The notes: generated by a model not told the origin, from the sequence alone. A DNA stretch of 63,712 bases, filler included, from Lama guanicoe (GCA_013239625.1; 204 parts of 204 records of this genome joined end to end with filler, not necessarily neighbours in it), one strand, 5' to 3'. Positions 37,836 to 50,567 are shown, counted from the first letter of the whole stretch. Made by a program: numbers and translations.

Positions 37836-38048
37836 TTTTTTTCATTTTGTTGGGAGTTCAGCTTATCAGTTTTTCTTTTCTACTGAATCTTTGCAAATCC
37901 CATAGTTCCAAAGAACTTTTTCTCCATGTTTTCTAAATGTTTTAAATCTATGTTTAGATGTATGATCTATTTTGAGTACATTTTTGTATATGGTGTATAT
38001 TAAGGGTCAAGATTTGTATTATTCAATTTGAATATTCAACCGTTTCAA
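37836..38048 (-). mobile_element. Old LINE-1 ORF2 fragment
   Basis: tttagatgtatgatctattttgagt..tttttgtatatggtgt. Confidence 0.7.
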
Positions 38049-40652
38049 NNNNNNNNNNNNNNNNNNNNNNNNNNNNNNNNNNNNNNNNNNNNTTAATTAA
38101 TTAANNNNNNNNNNNNNNNNNNNNNNNNNNNNNNNNNNNNNNNNNNNNTCGGGGCTGCCAGATTCCCTGATGAATTCCTTCTGCATCTCATCTGCATAGT
38201 CTCTGTAGAACTGCATGATGGGCAATTCTGGCTCAGAGGCAGAGGAAGATGCTAGCAATCATATCTTAAAATGGGCTAAGTCCTTATGCCTAAGGTATGG
38301 ACTTCTCAAATCCCCTCAGTGGAACCCCCACAAACCCCTCCTCCACACTGCATCCCAAGTGNNNNNNNNNNNNNNNNNNNNNNNNNNNNNNNNNNNNNNN
38401 NNNNNTTAATTAATTAANNNNNNNNNNNNNNNNNNNNNNNNNNNNNNNNNNNNNNNNNNNNCTTCATCTCTTAACAGCAGAATCGAGTCTGGAACCCATT
38501 CTCTTCCTCACTTGAACAGCCTTGGATTAGGTCACTCTAGACGGTTCAACTGTAGCCAGTGCAGTTTTCACATTGACAGAATCTTTTTCGTATTTCTGTT
38601 TTTATACCACTGTTAGGTTATACTCTTTCAAGAATCTCTCCATAGATGTATCAGAGTTCTCGTGTACTTTTATTNNNNNNNNNNNNNNNNNNNNNNNNNN
38701 NNNNNNNNNNNNNNNNNNTTAATTAATTAANNNNNNNNNNNNNNNNNNNNNNNNNNNNNNNNNNNNNNNNNNNNTACTCCTTCCATAAAAGGTTAAAGAA
38801 ATTTGCCTGGCTTGATATTAAAAACAATGGGTCCAAAATTCAAGAAAAGGAAAAGTAGCCATCCACACATTTTCTTTATTTTATTTTTCCCTAGTGCTTC
38901 TCTTTCTATGGTCCAATAAAAATACTATTAAAATGATATTATTTCTCAACTAAGAATAATCATAGGTTCCTCAAAAAATTGAAAATANNNNNNNNNNNNN
39001 NNNNNNNNNNNNNNNNNNNNNNNNNNNNNNNTTAATTAATTAANNNNNNNNNNNNNNNNNNNNNNNNNNNNNNNNNNNNNNNNNNNNCACCTGTAGGAAG
39101 TTATATACACCTACATATTATATATGTATATATAAACTATCTGTTTCACATGCTGATAACTGTCACCTATAATACCAACTATAATCAATAGTAAAAGCAA
39201 TAATAATGTCTTGTCAGTACTATCCTAATAGCTTTACATACATTAACTTATTTTTTAACACTTGTAATATTTCATATTAGAGCCTGTTGGAGTTATCTTA
39301 NNNNNNNNNNNNNNNNNNNNNNNNNNNNNNNNNNNNNNNNNNNNTTAATTAATTAANNNNNNNNNNNNNNNNNNNNNNNNNNNNNNNNNNNNNNNNNNNN
39401 TGGAAGCTTTATGAGTGTTAGTTACCAAATGGACTTGGTAAAGCTCTCTATTTCACTCCAGAAGAGGCCATTTCATGTTGTGGGATTCCATTATTTGCAG
39501 GGGTTCCTTTCCTTTTCCAGTCAAGTGAGAGCCAATATGGAAAGTAGAACCATTGCAAAATTTAAGACCATTAGAAATAGGATAGTTAATTAGCAAACGT
39601 AGTATTAATATACNNNNNNNNNNNNNNNNNNNNNNNNNNNNNNNNNNNNNNNNNNNNTTAATTAATTAANNNNNNNNNNNNNNNNNNNNNNNNNNNNNNN
39701 NNNNNNNNNNNNNGCTGTGGGCGGAGCACGTGGCTGAGGTCACCGGCACGGGGACGGGCCGATGGCCCAGGGTCTGCCCGGCACTGCCGAGGCCGTCTGG
39801 CTGACAGAGTCTGGACTCGGCATGGCTCCCAGACATGGCCAAGCCCCCTGGGGGGCAGGTGCTTGATCTGGTGGTGCGGCCAGGTCACAGCATGGACCTG
39901 GACAGAGCCCGGTCACAAGGACGTCGNNNNNNNNNNNNNNNNNNNNNNNNNNNNNNNNNNNNNNNNNNNNTTAATTAATTAANNNNNNNNNNNNNNNNNN
40001 NNNNNNNNNNNNNNNNNNNNNNNNNNTTTTGTTATAACAAGGGAAGGCACTTGCCAAGGTCTGGTCATAGAGGGCCGTTGTGTTTGCCAGGTTGATGAGG
40101 AACCTAGAGGCCGTTAGCCTCCCCTGGGTCTAAACACCGCCTGAATTCCTCCAGGTGACACTGAAATGCAGTGAGACACGGAACCCTCTCAAGCTGTTAA
40201 AATCTTCATGGTGAGCCATTCAACTCTCTCCTCATTCTTNNNNNNNNNNNNNNNNNNNNNNNNNNNNNNNNNNNNNNNNNNNNTTAATTAATTAANNNNN
40301 NNNNNNNNNNNNNNNNNNNNNNNNNNNNNNNNNNNNNNNAAATTTGGCAACCACACATTGGTCTACTAAACCAGGAACTATCTGATGAATTCTTGCAGTC
40401 ATCTTGCATCACTAGACGTGTATAATAACTGAACGGGATCGGGTTATTTGGCTCACTAACTCTGTAAGGTTGTCTGATCCCGACGATCATGCAGAAAATC
40501 ACATGAAAACCTATGTTCATTTAAAGTTTGCTGCCCTTACATTTCAAGTTGTNNNNNNNNNNNNNNNNNNNNNNNNNNNNNNNNNNNNNNNNNNNNTTAA
40601 TTAATTAANNNNNNNNNNNNNNNNNNNNNNNNNNNNNNNNNNNNNNNNNNNN

Positions 40653-40864
40653 AAATTTCGTGTTCTGCATTTCATGTTCTAAATTGTGGACTCCATATTC
40701 TCTTTTCTATAATCTGTATTCTGTGTTCTACATTATATATTCTACATTCTATATTCTGTATTCCGTTTTCTATATTTTATATTGTGTGTTCCACATTCTA
40801 TATTCTAAATTCTTCATTCAGTATTCTGTAGTATATATTCTAAATTCTGTGTTCTGCATTCCAT
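40653..40864. repeat. Degenerate 7-bp tandem repeat (ATTCTAT/ATTCTGT/ATTCTAC)
   Basis: 7-nt periodicity across the whole contig. Confidence 0.85.
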
Positions 40865-40965
40865 NNNNNNNNNNNNNNNNNNNNNNNNNNNNNNNNNNNN
40901 NNNNNNNNTTAATTAATTAANNNNNNNNNNNNNNNNNNNNNNNNNNNNNNNNNNNNNNNNNNNNT

Positions 40966-41175
40966 AAACCAATCAAACCATTGTGCTGGCAAGAAAGGTG
41001 TGGGAGAATCCATATTTTTAATTTGCTTTTGCATATCATCCACAGCTTGAGAAATATTAGCAGACAAGTCTGGTATAAACACACAACATTCTACCTTAAT
41101 AATAGCACAAGTCCCTCCCTGAGCAGCTGTAATAATATCAAGAGCCATCCTATTTTGAAGCACTGCTTTTCTCAT
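40966..41175 (-). CDS. env: Endogenous retrovirus envelope TM ectodomain fragment, gamma-type
   Basis: 70 stop-free codons containing the immunosuppressive domain LQNRMALDIITAAQGG, the CX6CC motif (CAIIKVECC), an N-glycosylation sequon NIS, a C-terminal heptad and a Trp-rich membrane-proximal WFDWF. Confidence 0.93.
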
Positions 41176-42216
41176 AANNNNNNNNNNNNNNNNNNNNNNN
41201 NNNNNNNNNNNNNNNNNNNNNTTAATTAATTAANNNNNNNNNNNNNNNNNNNNNNNNNNNNNNNNNNNNNNNNNNNNTACTACATTATTTGTAAGAGTAA
41301 AACATGGAAACGATTCAAAAATCCATATAACAGGAGAATTATTAAATCTTTGCATATTACCTCAGTGGGATGTGACGTAGCCATTATAAATCAAAACTAG
41401 GAAGTTTGATTAGAGTTGGAACTGATATTAATTATGATGATTATGATTAGCTCAACATAGCACTATAAAAGAAATAATACAGGTATGCTCNNNNNNNNNN
41501 NNNNNNNNNNNNNNNNNNNNNNNNNNNNNNNNNNTTAATTAATTAANNNNNNNNNNNNNNNNNNNNNNNNNNNNNNNNNNNNNNNNNNNNATTTGATTCA
41601 TAAACAAAGAGGCCTTGTTTCTGTTTTTTGCTAACAATGTCTAAGGAGTGATTACAGAAGTTGAAAACAGTCAGCAAAGTAAGTAAATAATAAGTAAGGG
41701 TACACAGTCTAACTGAGTGTCCCTCACACTGACCCGGTGAGAGAGGAAGAGGATGGGAGGGAAGGTAGGAGCGAGAGAAGGTAACAACAGATGAAGAAAC
41801 TGGNNNNNNNNNNNNNNNNNNNNNNNNNNNNNNNNNNNNNNNNNNNNTTAATTAATTAANNNNNNNNNNNNNNNNNNNNNNNNNNNNNNNNNNNNNNNNN
41901 NNNGTAGGGGTGTGGGGGTGGGGGGTTGTCACAGGACTTTTCTGCTGGGCAGTGGCACAGGGGCCACTCAGGCTCCAGCGGCACAGTGCAGGAGACGCCT
42001 TCCTGAAATAGTTCATCCTCGCCTGACTCAGGGTTTGTACCCAGACCTCTTCTCTGGGGCCCGCAACGGCCGGGATGGTGACATCAGTGGGTTTGACCGG
42101 TAGGACAGAGGCAGTGNNNNNNNNNNNNNNNNNNNNNNNNNNNNNNNNNNNNNNNNNNNNTTAATTAATTAANNNNNNNNNNNNNNNNNNNNNNNNNNNN
42201 NNNNNNNNNNNNNNNN

Positions 42217-42429
42217 AACAGACTCACAGACACAGAAAACAAACTTATGGTTACCAGGAGGGAAAGAGGGTAGGAAGGGATAAATGTGGGAGTTCTAGCT
42301 TTGCAGATACTACTATATATAAAATAGATAAACCATAAGTTTCTTTTGTATAGCAAGGAACTATAGTCAATATCTTATAATAATTTATAATGAAAAAGAA
42401 TATGAAAAGGAATATATGTATGTATATGT
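42217..42429 (+). mobile_element. LINE-1 3' UTR
   Basis: aacagactcacagacacagaaaacaaacttatggttacc..ataatgaaaaagaatatgaaaaggaatatatgta. Confidence 0.92.
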
Positions 42430-43468
42430 NNNNNNNNNNNNNNNNNNNNNNNNNNNNNNNNNNNNNNNNNNNNTTAATTAATTAANNNNNNNNNNNNNNN
42501 NNNNNNNNNNNNNNNNNNNNNNNNNNNNNTTGTGACCTGTTGTTATATGCCTCTCACCTGTCTTCTGTCACTTGTGAGACGGTTCCTTTTGTGACCCTGT
42601 CTGGGTTGTTCATGTTACAAAACATGATGTCTGTAAAAGTACAGTCCCTTTTACTCCGAAAACATTCCACAAATGCTCCTTTAACCTGGGTGTGGTTTAA
42701 GAAGACAGAATCATTAGAACATGTCCTTGCAGGTTGCTAGTGNNNNNNNNNNNNNNNNNNNNNNNNNNNNNNNNNNNNNNNNNNNNTTAATTAATTAANN
42801 NNNNNNNNNNNNNNNNNNNNNNNNNNNNNNNNNNNNNNNNNNAGCTCCTGCCCCAGGTTTAGATCATGTCCCTCGCTGCTAGGCCTCCTTTCTATCTGTC
42901 TAGTTATCCATGTTGGGGGAAAACTAATCAGATATTGTAAATAGGATCAGAGGTATGTTAATGGGGAAACAATTTATAGGTCATATATTTTATTACTTAT
43001 ACCCAATTGTTACACAAACATTGTACATGTGCATTTAGCAATAGACAAAGCAAACNNNNNNNNNNNNNNNNNNNNNNNNNNNNNNNNNNNNNNNNNNNNT
43101 TAATTAATTAANNNNNNNNNNNNNNNNNNNNNNNNNNNNNNNNNNNNNNNNNNNNATCAGGAAACTGCAGGTAGGAATAAAATATAAGATTGTATTTTAG
43201 AGAACAAATGTTGGAACTGAGTTGTGATAAAAATGCTCACTGTGACCCACATTCCAGCGAAGTGAGTGTAAATCTCCTCTCTTACTTAGCCCAAAGCCCT
43301 GCGGTAAATGAGTTTATAGTACAGTTGAGCAAGAGGTCAAGACTCCTTTTGCTCATTTTCCTTAAGCANNNNNNNNNNNNNNNNNNNNNNNNNNNNNNNN
43401 NNNNNNNNNNNNTTAATTAATTAANNNNNNNNNNNNNNNNNNNNNNNNNNNNNNNNNNNNNNNNNNNN

Positions 43469-43600
43469 GCTAACATTTGCAAATCTCAAACTCCCAAATT
43501 TATCCCTTCCCACCCCCGTTTCCCTGTTAACCACAAGATTGTTTAATGTCTGTGAGTCTGTCTCTGTTTTGTAGAAGAGTTCGTAGTGTCCTTTGTTCTT

Positions 43601-43631
<31 letters not shown>

Positions 43632-43681
43632 CTTTCTTTCTTTTTTCTTTCTTTCTTTCTATTTAGATTCCACATAGGAGT
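43469..43681 (-). mobile_element. LINE-1 3' UTR with a CT/CTTT microsatellite (~43597-43660)
   Basis: Homologous to 1873-2084, with an expanded pyrimidine tract. Confidence 0.9.
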
Positions 43682-44720
43682 NNNNNNNNNNNNNNNNNNN
43701 NNNNNNNNNNNNNNNNNNNNNNNNNTTAATTAATTAANNNNNNNNNNNNNNNNNNNNNNNNNNNNNNNNNNNNNNNNNNNNCACCTGCTTACGGTCTTCG
43801 TCCATTTTTTGTCTGGGCTACTCTGATAACTTCTACCTAGCTTCCCAAACACTGATTGCTTCCAATTTATTTCTAGCTTAGCTGGAGTGATCGTCCTGAA
43901 ACACAAGTCGATCACATCATCCCCCACTGAGCCTCCTTCAGTAATGGTCACCTATGAAAAACGAACTGCATCATGGAGCCAACACAGGGCCTTTNNNNNN
44001 NNNNNNNNNNNNNNNNNNNNNNNNNNNNNNNNNNNNNNTTAATTAATTAANNNNNNNNNNNNNNNNNNNNNNNNNNNNNNNNNNNNNNNNNNNNCAGCAA
44101 ATATACATTAAAATAGAGTCTCTGTACAGCCAAGGGCTCTGGGTCCTGGCTTGCCCCATGTCCCTGCGCCTCCCTGGCCAAACCCAAAAATAAATATAGT
44201 GTTATTGCTCTGCAGGGCATAGAGGCAGTGCTCTCCCTGCCCCCTGAGGAGGCTGGGTGGGAGCTGATGGGGGAGTCCTGGCCACCCCAGGGGTCCAGGG
44301 GCTGGAGNNNNNNNNNNNNNNNNNNNNNNNNNNNNNNNNNNNNNNNNNNNNTTAATTAATTAANNNNNNNNNNNNNNNNNNNNNNNNNNNNNNNNNNNNN
44401 NNNNNNNTGTGCTTAGGTTAAATGTGACTTTCCCAGTATCAGGGAAGAACATTGATAAATACTAAGGAATGAATGAATTGTTGGGCAATGCAACAGAGGC
44501 CAATGGAATGATGACCAAATGAAGAAAAAAAAGGGGGGAGACATATTTTAAAGTGTCTTTGTTAGGTTTATTCTGGAATCCCGAATACAAATCTGGGTAT
44601 ACTGATGCCAGAACATTACANNNNNNNNNNNNNNNNNNNNNNNNNNNNNNNNNNNNNNNNNNNNTTAATTAATTAANNNNNNNNNNNNNNNNNNNNNNNN
44701 NNNNNNNNNNNNNNNNNNNN

Positions 44721-44933
44721 CTTTTAGAGCACCTTTGAGGACACAGCTGAATTGACTGAAAGGTTCAGAAGGTTCGCATCTATCCCCAGTCCTTACACAC
44801 TCAAAACTCTCAACACCCCCAGCCGTGGCACACTCGTGACTTCAGTGACCAACACATCACCACCAACCCCCAGAGTCCACACCAGGCGGGGCTCACTCTT
44901 GATGCAGTGACTTCTGTGCGTCTGGACAGAGGC
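44721..44933 (-). repeat. Near-identical contig pair D, copy 1 (partner 46286-46498); old L1 3' terminus
   Basis: 6 substitutions; identical flanks of 49 nt (left) and 47 nt (right). Resembles 22205-22400. Confidence 0.93.
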
Positions 44934-45346
44934 NNNNNNNNNNNNNNNNNNNNNNNNNNNNNNNNNNNNNNNNNNNNTTAATTAATTAANNNNNNNNNNN
45001 NNNNNNNNNNNNNNNNNNNNNNNNNNNNNNNNNCAGTGTTAAAAAAGATCCTTCATGCTGGATTTTTTGGAGCTTTAAATCCAATAAACCTCCAAGAGGG
45101 GTCTAACACATACAGCATTTCCTTAGCATATATGACCACCAAGTCTTTGTTTTTTAGTTGAAGTGTAGTCGATTTATAATGTTAGTTTCAGATGCACAGC
45201 AAAGCGATTCAGTTATACATATATATACATACATATATATATATATNNNNNNNNNNNNNNNNNNNNNNNNNNNNNNNNNNNNNNNNNNNNTTAATTAATT
45301 AANNNNNNNNNNNNNNNNNNNNNNNNNNNNNNNNNNNNNNNNNNNN

Positions 45347-45559
45347 CGGCTCTAGGAAACAGACTGAGAAACAAGAGAAAGTGTTTCTCCTGCAAACTGT
45401 TCCCTTTGTACAAGATGAACGAACGTCTCCCCTCATGCTCAGATTTGAGGGTTAAGCGTTTGTGAAAGCCGTACTTCACCTACCTTGTTGGGAGAACAAG
45501 GTTTCTCTTTATTTGCAAACTACACTCCATACATATATATGTGGAGGTACAAGCTCCAA
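45347..45559 (-). repeat. Satellite DNA monomer fragment 2
   Basis: The reverse complement aligns along 9361-9572 with about 7 extra nt. Confidence 0.85.
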
Positions 45560-45972
45560 NNNNNNNNNNNNNNNNNNNNNNNNNNNNNNNNNNNNNNNNN
45601 NNNTTAATTAATTAANNNNNNNNNNNNNNNNNNNNNNNNNNNNNNNNNNNNNNNNNNNNCCACCCAGGACAAGAAAGAGAACTTTGTCGCCCCTCTTCCC
45701 CTGGCCCCCGCCCTCCCGGAGGGGCTGTCTGTATGCACTGGCTCCTCCTGGGGCCACAGCCCTCTCCCCCACTCTGGACATCAGCACCACCCTGATCAGG
45801 TGAGAATCGCGTCCCAGCTTCCCGTTGTGTTTCATCACTCAAGTGTGCGTCTCTAAACATCGTAGCTTGTTTNNNNNNNNNNNNNNNNNNNNNNNNNNNN
45901 NNNNNNNNNNNNNNNNTTAATTAATTAANNNNNNNNNNNNNNNNNNNNNNNNNNNNNNNNNNNNNNNNNNNN

Positions 45973-46185
45973 TCTGTTGATGGACATTTAGGTTGTTTCC
46001 CTGTCTTGGCTATTGTAAATACTGCTGCTATGAACATTGGGGTGTATGTATTTTTTCAAATTAGAGTTCCCTCTAGATAAATGCCCAGGAGTGGAATTGC
46101 TGGATCATATGGTAAGTCTATTTTTAGTATTTGGAAGAATCTCCATACTGTTTTCCATAATGGCAGCACCAAACTACATTCCCAC
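45973..46185 (-). mobile_element. LINE-1 ORF2 3' fragment
   Basis: tctgttgatggacatttaggttgtttcc..atgcccaggagtggaattgctggatcatatggta..ctccatactgttttccata. Confidence 0.95.
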
Positions 46186-46285
46186 NNNNNNNNNNNNNNN
46201 NNNNNNNNNNNNNNNNNNNNNNNNNNNNNTTAATTAATTAANNNNNNNNNNNNNNNNNNNNNNNNNNNNNNNNNNNNNNNNNNNN

Positions 46286-46498
46286 CTTTTAGAGCACCTT
46301 TGAGGACACAGCTGAATTGACTGAAAGGTTCAGAGGGTTTGCATCTATCCCCAGTCCTTACACACTCAAAACTCTCAACAACCCCAGCCGTGGCACACTC
46401 GTGACTTCAGTGACCAACACGTCACCACCAACCCCCAGAGTCCACACCGGTCGGGGCTCACTCTTGATGCAGTGACTTCTGTGCGTCTGGACAGAGGC
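46286..46498 (-). repeat. Near-identical contig pair D, copy 2
   Basis: Direct alignment to 44721-44933. Confidence 0.93.
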
Positions 46499-47299
46499 NN
46501 NNNNNNNNNNNNNNNNNNNNNNNNNNNNNNNNNNNNNNNNNNTTAATTAATTAANNNNNNNNNNNNNNNNNNNNNNNNNNNNNNNNNNNNNNNNNNNNTC
46601 TGCTCCAGCCTGGAACAACTTTTCTCTGGTCCGTCTAGGCTGGCCCTTGGCCTGCCCCCAAAACCTACCACCTTACAAGCACCTCTCGGGGTGGGGGTGC
46701 AAGGGCCAGGGTAGTAATTAGCTCATCTGCTCCACAAATATACTAACCAGAAGACATACTTTTATGCTTTTATTGGGCATCAAAGTTTTCTCCAAGCTTC
46801 CTAAAAGCCATNNNNNNNNNNNNNNNNNNNNNNNNNNNNNNNNNNNNNNNNNNNNTTAATTAATTAANNNNNNNNNNNNNNNNNNNNNNNNNNNNNNNNN
46901 NNNNNNNNNNNAAATGGAAACCTAGTGCAAAATGGCTATAAAACAGTGGAACTCAAGTTACATAGTAAATCATTTTTAACAGATCTTATTATTCCATAAT
47001 TTAAAATATTATAAAAGCATGGGTTATGTATGTTAAAATCTACTCTTACATAATTATGATTTACTATTGCCTAATTGACTCTCCTATAGCTATAGAAGTA
47101 TATATATTACCTACTGTATTGTGANNNNNNNNNNNNNNNNNNNNNNNNNNNNNNNNNNNNNNNNNNNNTTAATTAATTAANNNNNNNNNNNNNNNNNNNN
47201 NNNNNNNNNNNNNNNNNNNNNNNNCAAAGTGGTTCTGATAGACTTGCTCGATGCAGAGTTGCCTCACACATTCAATTCGTGAAAATGGCAGCGTCTGCA

Positions 47300-47437
47300 A
47301 AGTGTGGTAACACGAGGTCTGCCTGTGTTCCATACGTGATCCACGTGTATTGCCCATCTCGTGGCGTGTAAGCTCCACGAGAGAAACGATCTCCGGCACT
47401 GTGTCCCCAAGTGTCCAGAACAACGCCTGGCACATGG
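47300..47437 (+). mobile_element. L2 3' terminus, GC-shifted
   Basis: tgtaagctccacgagagaaacgatct..cactgtgtccccaagtgtccagaacaacgcctggcacatgg. Confidence 0.7.
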
Positions 47438-48604
47438 NNNNNNNNNNNNNNNNNNNNNNNNNNNNNNNNNNNNNNNNNNNNTTAATTAATTAANNNNNNN
47501 NNNNNNNNNNNNNNNNNNNNNNNNNNNNNNNNNNNNNTTTCTACCGTCTTATGATTGTATGGTGCCATATTTTGTGTTATTTTAAAAAAATCAATTTAGA
47601 ATTTTTTTCTTGATTTTTTTTTTTCTCTGCAAGACCTCAAAGCCATACACTCCGTAGGTTCTTATTCCTGGTGTAGGACCCCCATGACGGAGATCCTGAC
47701 ATTGGGTCGGACCCCTCGCTCCTTGGGGAGAACCCCTTTGTGGTTCACCTNNNNNNNNNNNNNNNNNNNNNNNNNNNNNNNNNNNNNNNNNNNNTTAATT
47801 AATTAANNNNNNNNNNNNNNNNNNNNNNNNNNNNNNNNNNNNNNNNNNNNATATTTAATTTCATGTGAGTTTCCTTTTCTGCCGACTAGTGGGGAAGATG
47901 CTTGGAGAAACAGAACGCCAGGGACAGGCTCACTCAAATGCAGAGAAATAGCCAGCAAAGCTTAGGTCTCCCAGCTTGGAGGACACGCCAGCACAGTCCC
48001 TCCACACCATGGCTTCAGCAGCACCCAGAGAAGCTGAGTCATCAGGGATTATATATATTTTTTNNNNNNNNNNNNNNNNNNNNNNNNNNNNNNNNNNNNN
48101 NNNNNNNTTAATTAATTAANNNNNNNNNNNNNNNNNNNNNNNNNNNNNNNNNNNNNNNNNNNNAAGCTGGGTTCAGGTCCTGGGTGACACATGAGAGACA
48201 TGGAAGCCACATCTAGGAAAGTGCCCTGCAGCTCCTTGATGGTGAAATCCACTGGTGAAGTACTGGCCTGATCACAGGTGCCAGATCCTGAAGTCCATGT
48301 CTGCGTGTAGCCTATGAACCATTCTGCGCTGTCCTGAGTTATGGTCAGAGAGGGAGAAGAGGGCCTGCCCTGCGAANNNNNNNNNNNNNNNNNNNNNNNN
48401 NNNNNNNNNNNNNNNNNNNNTTAATTAATTAANNNNNNNNNNNNNNNNNNNNNNNNNNNNNNNNNNNNNNNNNNNNTCAACTCTTTGCCTCCCTCTGGCT
48501 ATGAACGTGCTCAGAAAGAAAAACACAATCATGCTTTTCCTTGATGCTGTTGTGTCTTTAAGTCCCCAGTGGCTCTTCTTCCATATTCCCCTAAACACAA
48601 GTCT

Positions 48605-48689
48605 ACCTCTGAGGTGGTCTGAAGACCAGCAACAAGAGTGTCACCTGAGAGCTTGTTAGAAACGCAGACCCACTGCTCAGAATGTGCAC
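48605..48689. mobile_element. MER5-like hAT-Charlie fragment
   Basis: gtggtct..gaccagca..tcacctgagagcttgttagaaacgcaga. Confidence 0.65.
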
Positions 48690-48825
48690 NNNNNNNNNNN
48701 NNNNNNNNNNNNNNNNNNNNNNNNNNNNNNNNNTTAATTAATTAANNNNNNNNNNNNNNNNNNNNNNNNNNNNNNNNNNNNNNNNNNNNAAAATGACTTA
48801 AGAAGTAAAAGCTTAGTGTCACGGA

Positions 48826-49002
48826 CTGTGAAGGGCTGAAGATTCTCCGCTCCCTGAAAGTGAGCAAGTTAGCCTGCCGCAGTTTCACGGTGCTGGATGG
48901 CCGGAGACTCCGGGGTCAGCGACAGAGGACTGTACGACTCAGAGCAATAGCAGAGGCCACGGATCCACAGCAGCAGCATTTTCTCCCACCAGCTGCCTGA
49001 CC
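48826..49002. mobile_element. Ancient ERV LTR fragment
   Basis: tgtgaagggctgaagatt..caagttagcctgccgcagtttcacgg..gagactccggggtcagcgacagaggact resembles a recalled old LTR consensus; family uncertain. Confidence 0.5.
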
Positions 49003-50354
49003 NNNNNNNNNNNNNNNNNNNNNNNNNNNNNNNNNNNNNNNNNNNNTTAATTAATTAANNNNNNNNNNNNNNNNNNNNNNNNNNNNNNNNNNNNNNNNNN
49101 NNGTTTCTCAACTCCGATATGTGCTTCTTTTACATGACTTCCTCTCCAGTCTTACTTTGCAACTGAAGTTTCCCTTCTCATTGGCTATTTAATTATCCCC
49201 GAAAATTGCTCTTCGATTTGTCCTGTAATTGCAATGTTTGCAGATATTCCTTTGGAGTCAATAACTATTACTATTACATATACCTTTGGAGTAATGGCTT
49301 TTCTGAGTGGCTGAANNNNNNNNNNNNNNNNNNNNNNNNNNNNNNNNNNNNNNNNNNNNTTAATTAATTAANNNNNNNNNNNNNNNNNNNNNNNNNNNNN
49401 NNNNNNNNNNNNNNNCATGATGGGGCCATCGCCCCAACCGAGTCTGAGAGATCCCAACTGATCCGTTCAAGTTGCTGCTGTGAGTCACTCCTCGGAGGCC
49501 ACCACCCCATCACTGCGTCGCAGAGCACCCCGCCCTCTGAACTGCGTGGTACTCGTCACGATGTGTAATTACTTATTCATGTGTTTCACATGTGTCCTCC
49601 TTCTACTCTGTAAGCTCCACATTCTATCNNNNNNNNNNNNNNNNNNNNNNNNNNNNNNNNNNNNNNNNNNNNTTAATTAATTAANNNNNNNNNNNNNNNN
49701 NNNNNNNNNNNNNNNNNNNNNNNNNNNNTCCTGCAGATGTGTCCTGATGCCCTGCCCAGGGTCCTAAAACTTGTCAGCATGAATGCCTCTAATAGCATGA
49801 GTTTTGTCCGGTGTTCATGTCAGCCAGCATTATTTTTTGGGTTATATGCCTGACCCCCGCAGGACTTTGACTTTGTGACCTATGCTTACAGCTCTCAGAA
49901 CCTACTGGCAGGCCTTTTGTGCTAAGGAGGCTGAAAAGATANNNNNNNNNNNNNNNNNNNNNNNNNNNNNNNNNNNNNNNNNNNNTTAATTAATTAANNN
50001 NNNNNNNNNNNNNNNNNNNNNNNNNNNNNNNNNNNNNNNNNTTTCACTTGATTCTCCGCCTCCCTAATCACTCCTGTCTGGTAGGTTCTGCTCCAGCCCC
50101 ACAGCCTCTCTGAAGCTTTTGCTGGCCATGCGGCCATCACATCCTTCCCTCCTCTAGGTGCCTGGAACCCCCTGGAACCAGCCCACATCCATGCGGTCAG
50201 CATCCGCTGCTGCCACATCATTTTCTATTGTCAGTCTGCCCCCTCCTCAACCACNNNNNNNNNNNNNNNNNNNNNNNNNNNNNNNNNNNNNNNNNNNNTT
50301 AATTAATTAANNNNNNNNNNNNNNNNNNNNNNNNNNNNNNNNNNNNNNNNNNNN

Positions 50355-50567
50355 AGAAATTAAGAAAACAATCCCATTTACAATTACATCAAAAGTAATA
50401 AAATACCTAGGAATAAATTTAACCAAGGAGTTGAAAGACCTATACAATGAAAACTATAAGACACTGATGAAAGAAACTAAAAGATGACATAAAAAAGTGG
50501 ACATTTATGCAATACACCAGACACCCCTATTACCCAGCAATTACTTTCTTCTGTATGTATCCCTACT
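50355..50567 (+). mobile_element. LINE-1 ORF2 fragment with an internal junction near 50500
   Basis: aatcccatttacaat..aaaatacctaggaataaatttaaccaaggag..aaactataagacactgatgaaagaa, then a jump to the downstream-type motif acccagcaatt. Confidence 0.85.

Noticed and set aside
40340..40552. Possible non-mammalian contaminant (5 CpGs in AT-rich sequence, no repeat match)
   Set aside because: The signal is too weak in 213 nt and no recognisable protein is encoded. It needs BLASTN against nt.
40660..40920. Tyr/Ile/Phe-rich membrane-protein-like ORF
   Set aside because: It is the translation of the 7-bp tandem repeat.
48164..48376. Acceptor-like site followed by an open minus frame (DSAEWFIGY…)
   Set aside because: The peptide is not recognised, no donor is visible, and it is within chance expectation.
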